This document shows positions 19,117 to 27,111 of a DNA stretch of 64,000 nt, in pieces. How positions within the stretch are numbered: position 1 is the stretch's first letter; each line of letters opens with the position of its first letter. The position numbers were made by a program, and so were the translations under genes. The notes beneath the pieces were generated by a model that saw only the letters and a list, made by a program, of their open reading frames with translations, ran no database searches and was not told the origin of the DNA. The stretch spans positions 34,877 to 98,876 of the IMG/VR virus record IMGVR_UViG_3300037493_005292. One strand, 5' to 3'. This DNA comes from a virus.

Positions 19117-20239
19117 GGTCTAGTGCCAGCTCAAGTTCTTTGGCCAGCTTGGCTCCTTTCGTAGGCATGATGTGGCGGTAGTAGTTGAGTTTACCCTTTA
19201 GCCAGGTAATGAATGTTTCGACGTCGTTAAACCCAGCACGCTCGTACTGCGTATCTGCCCCCCAAACAAAGCAGTTGTGTACAATCGCTTTTATCTGGAG
19301 GTAATCGTGCCGCGCGATGTTGGGTCGCTGGTTAAACACAAGTCCTAGCATCTGTTTACGGAAATTCTCGCTGTGTAGTTTGGTTTTGCCCGTATTGGGT
19401 TGATACCCTGCAGCGTAAATAACCTGGTAAAAGCGGCGTAGGATGTGTTCTTTTTCGATTAAAGAGAAGTCTCTTCCACACGTGAAAGAGAGGTCGTCGG
19501 CATACCGCGAGTAAACCCACCGATATGCACCTTCCAGTTGGTACTGCTGGTTCATGGATTCAAGAAGTTGAAGCATGGGGATGTCGAGCACACGGTCAGC
19601 AACTAGATTGCAGATGCTTCCGGCGGTTGGGTTACCTTGCGGAACACCACAGAAGAATGGTGGTGCGGTCGTTTCAGGAACGTAGTGCGTGTTGGGAATG
19701 CCCGACACGGTAAACATTCCTCCCAATAGACTCGCAGTCTCATGGGGGTATCCCAGGCTCTTAAAGTAGTTACGGACCTTGCTCTTGCTGGTAGTAGAGA
19801 AGAAGTCTTGCAGGTCGATTTGGATGTAGGCACCGCGGCGAGGACACCGGTGTTTAGGCGGGGTATAGGATGGGTCACCGTTATTGTCACAAACAATGCA
19901 TGGAGCAATGTGTCGCGCCACAGCGTCCTTGATGCTTTGGCCGGTACGGTAGGCGGTGACGTGTCCCCCTAATTGCTGGTGTAGGGGTTCAAGGAAGGTC
20001 TTGTTGAGGATTTTCATGAGGGCTTTCATTAACGGCTCCGGGGCGTGGATAACGCGGAATCCTCCTTTCTTCTTGGGTATTTTGAACACATGGTAACGTT
20101 GTTTGACGGGAGCTACAATGGTGTACCACAGGACTTTGTTTCTCATTCCCAGGTGGTAAGCCAATGAGAAGTCATCGAATGGGAGATGATTTTCTACGTC
20201 ATAGCCCGTTATCGTCGTTTCCGGGTACCCTGGCGGCAT
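19046..20239 (-). CDS. Retron-like reverse transcriptase
   Basis: 'IPKKKGGFRVIHAP', 'AYRTG', 'AVARH' (region X NAxxH-like), 'IDLQDFF', 'PQGNPTAG', catalytic 'YSRYADDLSFT', and 'MLGL' at the VTG position. AAAGGAG SD. Confidence 0.9.
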   Translation of the reverse strand: MPPGYPETTITGYDVENHLPFDDFSLAYHLGMRNKVLWYTIVAPVKQRYHVFKIPKKKGGFRVIHAPEPLMKALMKILNKTFLEPLHQQLGGHVTAYRTGQSIKDAVARHIAPCIVCDNNGDPSYTPPKHRCPRRGAYIQIDLQDFFSTTSKSKVRNYFKSLGYPHETASLLGGMFTVSGIPNTHYVPETTAPPFFCGVPQGNPTAGSICNLVADRVLDIPMLQLLESMNQQYQLEGAYRWVYSRYADDLSFTCGRDFSLIEKEHILRRFYQVIYAAGYQPNTGKTKLHSENFRKQMLGLVFNQRPNIARHDYLQIKAIVHNCFVWGADTQYERAGFNDVETFITWLKGKLNYYRHIMPTKGAKLAKELELALDHGKTILDSSDGGERISTSPGLCD

Positions 20240-20843
20240 CGTCGGTATCTCCTTTAGTTATCCGGGGTACGGCAACTTGCATGTTTTTCGCACAGCTACT
20301 ATGACCAGGGGTGCATGCATTTTCGTAATACAGGTGGATGCTATCGCACACAGCACATACGCACGGTATGCGTTTTCCTGGTGTTAAGAAGTAGGACTCG
20401 AGCGCAGGAACTTTTTGAGCGATGTGGTGTTTGTACGCCTGACTGAAGGAGTACGAGACTTGGCGTGGGACGCTGTCTTTTGAGGATATTTTGCTTGCAA
20501 AGGTCGGAACGACCAGTAACCAATCCTCGTAGAACGGAATTATGCGGTCTTCCATTAGACGCGTCGTTGAGTAGGAGGATTCTCGGTGTTGCCGTTGGTG
20601 GTTTACTACCTCAACTGTTTTAGTACCAACCATGTGGTACAGTGCGAGGGCTAGTTCTATGGTGAGTTTGTAAACAAAGGCGTAACGCCAGTGTACGGGG
20701 ATTTGGTCTTCGTGGTTTACCGGCCATAAGTAACACCTATCGAATGGAAACCTGTCGTAGGTGTGGGGTCTTCGTGAGTGATCTTCCATCGTCACAATGT
20801 TGCCCTTGTACTCTTGGTGGATTTTCACGCAGTAGACGCGCAT
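20199..20843 (-). CDS. Hypothetical protein upstream of the RT with a C-terminal Cys cluster
   Basis: 214 aa with 'CVCAVC..C..C'. Starts 1 nt after the VWA stop and overlaps the RT start by 41 nt. Confidence 0.65.
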   Translation of the reverse strand: MRVYCVKIHQEYKGNIVTMEDHSRRPHTYDRFPFDRCYLWPVNHEDQIPVHWRYAFVYKLTIELALALYHMVGTKTVEVVNHQRQHRESSYSTTRLMEDRIIPFYEDWLLVVPTFASKISSKDSVPRQVSYSFSQAYKHHIAQKVPALESYFLTPGKRIPCVCAVCDSIHLYYENACTPGHSSCAKNMQVAVPRITKGDTDDAARVPGNDDNGL

Positions 20844-20844
20844 G

Positions 20845-22383
20845 TTACTCCGTTATTTGGATAGTGCGATCTCCCATAGCGGGGTCGGCCTTTCCAGAGG
20901 GTGTTAGTACCCAGATAACTGGGCAGTTTGGGTAGAGGGCTGGTGCAGGACCACCGTGGTCAGAGCTAACGGGCGCATACCCATCAGTGAACATGAGGAA
21001 GAGGTCAATACGGGGAAGACGTTCGACAATACGGTGTTCTGTTTTATCATCCCACAACGACTCGTCCTGCTTACCGCACACCCGTCTGAACGCGGGACAG
21101 AAGTCAGTACCGCCATAACCGTAGCGGTATAACTCGCGCTTCAACTTTGAAATATCCGCTTCGTTTTCGGTGTCTATCCAGGTCTCAAACTGGATAGCAG
21201 CATCGAACATCATGAGATGGATGCGTACACCCTTATGAGACTTAGGAATGTTGAGAATTTCAGAGATAAACCGGACAAACTCGTCGTCTCCTACTGACCC
21301 ACTCGTGTCCACGGCAATGCTGAGCACGAACGTAAAGTCATTTTGGAAACCAGGGTAAGGTTCGATGCCGTCGTCCATGACCGGAAACAACGCTGTATTG
21401 GGTAGGCAGACGCTCTCTACCAACTTGGAACTGATAACTGATTTGATCTGTCCCTTGAGAACGGTTTCCCAGGGAATTGTTGCAGGGGTTAGGAAATCCT
21501 GCAGTGCCTTGGCGATACCTCCTGGGATAGTTCCGCGGCCACGCTCCGTTTGTTCGATAGCTGTTTTGATGATTTTCTTTCCTTCGCGTTTGGCGCGGTC
21601 GAGCATCCTTTCGACTTCAGCAGAGGTCATCTCACTGAGGTCGTGGGTGATGTCGATGGGCTTGAGCTTGGAACTTTCTACCAATGACTTGAACCACCCG
21701 GGAAGTTTTTCGTCGAGCTCTTGCTGCTTAGCGGATCCGGGGGCTACATCGGGATCCTCTTCCGAATTACCCCCAGCTCCTCCAGAACCCTGTTGGTTAC
21801 TCTCGGATGATTCTTGCGGAGCGTTACCGGTAAGTGCTTGGCCAATCTGTTTGTCTGTGTCCAACACGTTCTGCATGTCGTACCCAGACTTCTTGAGGTC
21901 ATCGAGGAGCATGTCCAAATACTCCTCAAAGCTCTTTCCAACGGGGTATTCGCGGTCCTCTGGCCAGATGAAATCGCTCCGGAAGTCCCCAAAATTATGA
22001 CCGTACGCTTTATCCGTCAGGAAGGGACGCACAGCTACGTCGTTGACGCACATGTCTGCCGCGACGTTGACTACTGGATGGAGCCTTTGCGCAGCTACCG
22101 GACTGAGGTTGGCAAGGACGCGAGACATGCGTTCAACATGGCGTAACGCCAGGTGTCCTGCCTCATGGATGACCACCAAGATGCGAAAGCCTTGGGCAGT
22201 GGACTCAAACCACGCTGTGTCGTACATAAATAGGTATCTACCAGATTTGGGTAGTGTTACACCGCAGGTTCCGAGTCCGGGAGCAGGTATCTGGACGCAC
22301 TGGTTGAGTAATCGGCCGTAAAAATTGTTGCCTCCACGAGGAGAACAGGTCCATTGAAGAACCTCACTGAGAGCAGTTCCCAT
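20845..22383 (-). CDS. DUF2201-like protein: N-terminal HExxH metallopeptidase-like domain plus C-terminal VWA domain
   Basis: 'HEAGHLALRH', 'NVAADMCVN', MIDAS 'DTSGS', 'GGTDF', 'FTDG'. Start moved to ATG 22383. Confidence 0.85.
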   Translation of the reverse strand: MGTALSEVLQWTCSPRGGNNFYGRLLNQCVQIPAPGLGTCGVTLPKSGRYLFMYDTAWFESTAQGFRILVVIHEAGHLALRHVERMSRVLANLSPVAAQRLHPVVNVAADMCVNDVAVRPFLTDKAYGHNFGDFRSDFIWPEDREYPVGKSFEEYLDMLLDDLKKSGYDMQNVLDTDKQIGQALTGNAPQESSESNQQGSGGAGGNSEEDPDVAPGSAKQQELDEKLPGWFKSLVESSKLKPIDITHDLSEMTSAEVERMLDRAKREGKKIIKTAIEQTERGRGTIPGGIAKALQDFLTPATIPWETVLKGQIKSVISSKLVESVCLPNTALFPVMDDGIEPYPGFQNDFTFVLSIAVDTSGSVGDDEFVRFISEILNIPKSHKGVRIHLMMFDAAIQFETWIDTENEADISKLKRELYRYGYGGTDFCPAFRRVCGKQDESLWDDKTEHRIVERLPRIDLFLMFTDGYAPVSSDHGGPAPALYPNCPVIWVLTPSGKADPAMGDRTIQITE

Positions 22384-22444
22384 CTCTTTCTTGTCCTTTC
22401 TTTTGCTGCTATACTTGCAGCGGGTTTCTACTATGAGGTGTGTA

Positions 22445-23449
22445 ATGATTGACCAGACATCGGACGCCGGGTTTGCCACGCTGCGCACACTTGCGGATAT
22501 GTTTCCGCAGCTCGAAGAACTCGCAAAGACCGCGGAGCTGGATCCGGGGGAGTTTGAGGCTCTTCCTGATTCAGCGTTTGCGTGGCCCGAAGCGCGCCGA
22601 CTTCCAATTCATAACCGTGAGCACACCGCGATCTCGTTAGCGTACGAGAAAGTTGCGGTCGAGTTGCCCAAGTATGCGCACCATGCTCTACAACAAGCCG
22701 CTGTTGCTTACGGACTGGATGCAGAGATATTTGACCGACCCCTTCGATTGGTCAAGACTGCTTCAGCACCTGAATTCTGGCTCCTCCCGACGCACCAGCG
22801 TTTCCGTGTTACCTCCGCAGAAGACGTCAAGCTCGCGGAGCAAGCGATCCAAGCGCGCAGTAAAGACCTGCCGCCCAACGAGCGCGCCGAAGCCATGATC
22901 AATCTGGAGAAGGTGGCGACGTTCTTCGGGGTTTCTCTAGCACCTTCTACCAAGAAGATCGCTGGCTTTACGCTGACGAATACGCGTACGTTGCGCGATT
23001 GGCTGCAGGCCAGGCAAGAAGCGGCAGAGAAGGTGGGATCGGACTTGTCTGCGACTTACGGAGAGCTGGCGCAGCAGTTCGACGGCGTGAACACGCACAT
23101 CGCGAATCGCGACTACCAGGTAAAGTTGGCGAGCGCCATCAATGACCTGGACCAGAAGTCCGGTGTTTCGAAGTTCTACGGAAAGTCACTGCTGGACCCC
23201 ATTGAGACAGTTTGGAACACCACCAAGTTGTCCGCGGACACAATCGACGTCAATGGGGTGATGCTCGATAAGGGCATGCTGGCTTCCCTGCCCATCACGT
23301 TCTGGCAGGATGTGATTGGGCCGGACATGGCCCAGGAGATCGCTCCCAGTGGGCAGGTCGACCCGGAGCTCTTGGCGCAGATCATCCCCACTCTTCCGGC
23401 AGACCTCAAGTCTGTGCTGGTCACGCAGCTATCCGCCTACCGTTCATGA
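22445..23449 (+). CDS. Hypothetical protein, putative head/internal protein rich in K-x-A motifs
   Basis: GAGGTG SD before ATG 22445. Motifs include KTAE, KVAV, KTAS, KVAT, KIAG, KLAS. Confidence 0.65.
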   Translation: MIDQTSDAGFATLRTLADMFPQLEELAKTAELDPGEFEALPDSAFAWPEARRLPIHNREHTAISLAYEKVAVELPKYAHHALQQAAVAYGLDAEIFDRPLRLVKTASAPEFWLLPTHQRFRVTSAEDVKLAEQAIQARSKDLPPNERAEAMINLEKVATFFGVSLAPSTKKIAGFTLTNTRTLRDWLQARQEAAEKVGSDLSATYGELAQQFDGVNTHIANRDYQVKLASAINDLDQKSGVSKFYGKSLLDPIETVWNTTKLSADTIDVNGVMLDKGMLASLPITFWQDVIGPDMAQEIAPSGQVDPELLAQIIPTLPADLKSVLVTQLSAYRS

Positions 23450-24225
23450 TCCACGAGCAGCTCCAGGAGTTTATGCAGTACGTTCCGCGGCTGCATGCCG
23501 GCATGCTTAAGACGGCTGCCGCCGTGCTCTCAGCACGCGAGATGTTACAGAACCCGCATCAGGCAACGGCTGTGGGACTGTACCTCGCTGCGAAGGCGCT
23601 CTACGGAGAGGACCTTTTGCAGTGGGAACCGGAGACTCTCTGGCTTACCCTGGAAAAGGATAAGATTGACCTTACGGAGCTCGAGCGTAATAAACTTCAA
23701 GCGGCCATCACGCTCACTACGAACCCCGCGTTCTACTGGGATAACTTGGTGTTTCAGCGCACAGTCCACGCGTTATGCGAGGAGTACTACGATTCGGAAT
23801 CGTTACTTGAGTGCAGTGTGGCGCATATGTGTTGGGCGGTTTATGAAGCTGGTATTCTTCGGGGGTTAGACCAGGAGACTCCGCAGATTCCGGAGTTTGA
23901 TGAAGACGTTCAGCAGTATGTCGCGGTGTGCTTATCCCGCGCCGGCTATGCCCTCCCCCCACCCCCTTTGGTGGAGTTTTGCGAGGATAACCTCGACGCG
24001 CTTTTCGCCAAAGGTTCTGAGTTCGCAGAGCTAAAAAAAGAGCTCAAGTACGCATGGGCTAAGCTGGACAAGAGCGCCCTCGAAAGAACTGAGTTCTCCG
24101 AGGACGCTCTTGGTATCCAGCTTTCCCGCCTTTCCTTCTGTTATTTGTACGTCAGCGAGCGTGCCGACGCCGTTGCTGCAGACCTGGCCAAACTAGGCAG
24201 TCATACCAAGGTCACTTCGTTCTGA
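23446..24225 (+). CDS. Hypothetical protein
   Basis: 259 aa, ATGA overlap, N-proximal 'MLKTAAA'. Confidence 0.65.
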   Translation: MIHEQLQEFMQYVPRLHAGMLKTAAAVLSAREMLQNPHQATAVGLYLAAKALYGEDLLQWEPETLWLTLEKDKIDLTELERNKLQAAITLTTNPAFYWDNLVFQRTVHALCEEYYDSESLLECSVAHMCWAVYEAGILRGLDQETPQIPEFDEDVQQYVAVCLSRAGYALPPPPLVEFCEDNLDALFAKGSEFAELKKELKYAWAKLDKSALERTEFSEDALGIQLSRLSFCYLYVSERADAVAADLAKLGSHTKVTSF

Positions 24226-25456
24226 TCTTCTCTTCCACTGACTTGTACGCAGAGTCCACGCGCTGATGCCACTCAATGAATCCCTCTTGGTTCTGCATGC
24301 CACGCATGAAGTCCTTGAGGTATTCCTTGGCGTCTGACTCGGCAGCGATAGCCCGTTGTTGTTGCAGCATCATGGCGCCCTGTTCATTGGGAAGGTCAAT
24401 CAAGAACTGTACAAAGTTCCCGACTGTTTTGTCGATGCTGGGCTTGACTGCGAACAGCGTTTTGAGAACGTTATGGCACAGGTCGGTAAGGACCTCCATG
24501 CGCCCGTCTGTAATGAGCTTCTTGATTTTGGACTTGACGGTTCCGTAGCTCTCGAGCACATCGCCCGCGTTAATCAAGGTGTTGTGGTCCTTGATGTACG
24601 CGCAGATTTGTTCTGCAGCATGCACGCCCACGGACGCAGCGAATCTGTTAATGGCGGTTTCGCCGTACAGACTCTTGCCGCTCTTTTCGAGGACGTACGC
24701 ACTGAGGCTCAGCGTCTCAACCGTGGCGGGACACATGAACTGCTTGTTGTTCTTCAGTGCCTCTTCATCGTACAGCAGCTTCGGCGCTGCTTTGATGGGT
24801 CCCAGGATGGCGGGATGACACGGTTTGCCATCTTCGCCAATCGCTTTACAGACACGGTCTGCGTAATGGAAATCGTTTGTTTTTGCGTGGTTCAGCCAGT
24901 CAGCGTACGATGGTACTAGAAATACTTTACGCAAGCGCCTGTTAAGCGCTGCATTGTTTTCGATCTGTTGGACGTTGTAGTTGGCGCCGGCCGGATTCAT
25001 AAGCGCCACGACGATTGCGTCATCGGGAAGCTGGTAGTCGTACATGTTCCGGTCCTCAATGAGGCTGAAGAACATGGCAATGGCGTGCTGCAGACCCTGA
25101 TTGATTTCGTCGAACAGGACAATCGCTTTTTCGCCTTTGCGCGGGAACATCTCAGGAAGCTTCACCTTGAAGAAGCCTTCATCAGAATCCCGTACGGATG
25201 GGATTCCGGCTCCCATAAGTCCATATTGCGCAGTACGGATCACGCATACGCGGTATCCGTGTTTGCGGGCGAGTTGGTTGATGACCTGCGTCTTACCAAC
25301 TCCTGCTGGTCCAATAACACACCAGCAGCCGCGGAGTTCGCGCTCGAGCATTGTCATCTCGAATTGTGAGCCGAACTCCCTAAGACCCATGCGGGGTATG
25401 TCGAGTAACTCAGCGTAATCAGGGGTGGTTTTGGTCTCTTCTTGCTTCTTAGCCAT
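24212..25456 (-). CDS. MoxR-like AAA+ ATPase, likely partner of the DUF2201/VWA protein
   Basis: Walker A 'GPAGVGKT', Walker B 'VLFDEIN', 'ALMNP', Arg finger 'ALNRR'. Confidence 0.85.
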   Translation of the reverse strand: MAKKQEETKTTPDYAELLDIPRMGLREFGSQFEMTMLERELRGCWCVIGPAGVGKTQVINQLARKHGYRVCVIRTAQYGLMGAGIPSVRDSDEGFFKVKLPEMFPRKGEKAIVLFDEINQGLQHAIAMFFSLIEDRNMYDYQLPDDAIVVALMNPAGANYNVQQIENNAALNRRLRKVFLVPSYADWLNHAKTNDFHYADRVCKAIGEDGKPCHPAILGPIKAAPKLLYDEEALKNNKQFMCPATVETLSLSAYVLEKSGKSLYGETAINRFAASVGVHAAEQICAYIKDHNTLINAGDVLESYGTVKSKIKKLITDGRMEVLTDLCHNVLKTLFAVKPSIDKTVGNFVQFLIDLPNEQGAMMLQQQRAIAAESDAKEYLKDFMRGMQNQEGFIEWHQRVDSAYKSVEEKIRTK

Positions 25457-25485
25457 TTGTCTTTCCTTTGTTGATTGGTTATACT
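25457..25485 (+). promoter_or_regulatory. Sigma-70-like promoter of the terminase gene, possibly giving a leaderless transcript
   Basis: TTGTCT (25457-25462), 17-nt spacer, TATACT (25480-25485). The ATG lies 6 nt downstream with no SD. Confidence 0.55.
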
Positions 25486-25491
25486 GTACGC

Positions 25492-27111
25492 ATGGTTGCT
25501 AAAACTAGCGCAACACTTAGTGAGGTTGCTGAAGCGTGGTTACGCCTCAATGGTCGTCCGTTTTCATTAGAATACTGGCCAATGCACCGGGCATTCTACG
25601 ATGGACGTTATCGTAGAACTTTATTCAAAACAAGTCGACAGGTCGCTAAGTCCACCACCTTAGCGAACTTCGCCATCATTGAGTGCGCTCTTATACCACA
25701 CTTTTCTACGGTATTCGTTAGTCCAACTAAAGAGCAAACCACTCGATTTTCTAACACACGCGTCTTAAAGGTAATGCGGTATTCGCCCATTATCAATTCC
25801 CGTTTTCTTAACCCGGAACTAGCTGATCGCGTATTCCATAAGCAATTCTCGAACGGCGCGGAAATGCTCTTCACGTATGCGCTGGATGACGCCGATCGCT
25901 TACGTGGCCCGTCGTCTGACCGCAATATGTACGACGAGGTCCAGGATCTTTTGTATGACCCAGTTATTACGGTGGGTAACGAAACCCTGTCACACTCGCA
26001 CTACGGTTTTGAGACGTACGCAGGTACGCCGAAGACTATGGACAATACTGTCCAATATCTGTGGGAATCGAGCAGCCAAACCGAGTGGGTTATTAAGTGT
26101 GATTCCTGTGGATCGCATCAGTACATCGATTCGGATAAAGCCATAGGTGCTACGGGTATCATCTGTCTTAAGTGCAAATCCTACTTAAACCCATTTAAGG
26201 GTAAATGGATTGATACCTACGCGTTTCCAAATTCGAACATTCCTGAGTCCCAGCGGTTGAAGGGTTTCCACATCAGCCAGTTGATGATGCCCGAGAACAA
26301 TCCACTGGCTATGAAAGCCATTGGTGCGGGAACGGAGATGGAAGCGTTTGCGCTGCAGCAGTGGCAGCGCATTCTGCTCAAACACGAGACTCTGCCTACT
26401 GCGACGTTTAACAACGAGGTATTGGGGATTTCAGACGCCGTCGGTACACGGATGATTTCCAAAGAGGAGCTCGAGGAGCTCTGTACCGGTCAGCCGTTGC
26501 AGCTGTATCCAAAACAGGACACGTTCGTTGGCTTGAATCACGTAGTTGGTGGGGTTGACTGGTCAGGCGGAGGAACCACAGGCGTGTCACGAACAGTGAT
26601 ATGGATTTGGGGATTTAGGCAATCAGACAGACGTATGCTGACGCTGCTGTACAAGGTGTACCCAGGCATTAACCCCGTAAACATCATCGACGAAATCGCC
26701 AACATCTTTGCGTGTTACCGCGTAGAAATCGTGATCGGTGATGCTGGTGAGGGGCATACCGCCAATGACCTCCTACGGAAAAAGCTTGGGTATCACCGTG
26801 TACAGCAGGTACAGTACGCGTCTGCTACTAAGGCGTTTGTTTGGAACGATTACGACAGGTACATTGCGGATCGTACAACAGTTATCGATAACTACTTCAT
26901 GGACATTAAGCAGAAGAAGCTCGAGTTTGGTCCTCTGCACGAGATGAAGGAAGCGATAGATGACATCCTAAACGTGTACGAGGACATCACGACCATGGGG
27001 AAGAAGGTGTGGAGACACTCGCCGTCTAAATCTGACGACTGTCTCCACGCAGGACTCTTTGGCTGGCTGGCAATGAAGATGGTTTTGAACGACGTGAAGT
27101 TTTACCAGTAA
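25492..27111 (+). CDS. Terminase large subunit (GpA-like)
   Basis: Walker A-like 'KTSRQVAKST', Walker B 'MYDEVQD', 'GTPK', Zn finger CDSC..CLKC, 'GFHISQL', nuclease 'GVDW' and 'DDCLHA'. Confidence 0.85.
   Translation: MVAKTSATLSEVAEAWLRLNGRPFSLEYWPMHRAFYDGRYRRTLFKTSRQVAKSTTLANFAIIECALIPHFSTVFVSPTKEQTTRFSNTRVLKVMRYSPIINSRFLNPELADRVFHKQFSNGAEMLFTYALDDADRLRGPSSDRNMYDEVQDLLYDPVITVGNETLSHSHYGFETYAGTPKTMDNTVQYLWESSSQTEWVIKCDSCGSHQYIDSDKAIGATGIICLKCKSYLNPFKGKWIDTYAFPNSNIPESQRLKGFHISQLMMPENNPLAMKAIGAGTEMEAFALQQWQRILLKHETLPTATFNNEVLGISDAVGTRMISKEELEELCTGQPLQLYPKQDTFVGLNHVVGGVDWSGGGTTGVSRTVIWIWGFRQSDRRMLTLLYKVYPGINPVNIIDEIANIFACYRVEIVIGDAGEGHTANDLLRKKLGYHRVQQVQYASATKAFVWNDYDRYIADRTTVIDNYFMDIKQKKLEFGPLHEMKEAIDDILNVYEDITTMGKKVWRHSPSKSDDCLHAGLFGWLAMKMVLNDVKFYQ

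Noticed and set aside
19046-20239. RT as part of a diversity-generating retroelement or group II intron
   Set aside because: Its motifs are retron-like (PQGxPT, YADD). I saw no TR/VR repeat pair, Avd-like gene, maturase domain or intron RNA space, though the repeat search was by eye only.
22384-22488. Long N-terminal extensions of ORFs 20845-22488 and 22391-23449 creating a divergent overlap
   Set aside because: Better starts with SD-like sequences exist at 22383 (-) and 22445 (+), leaving a normal divergent gap.
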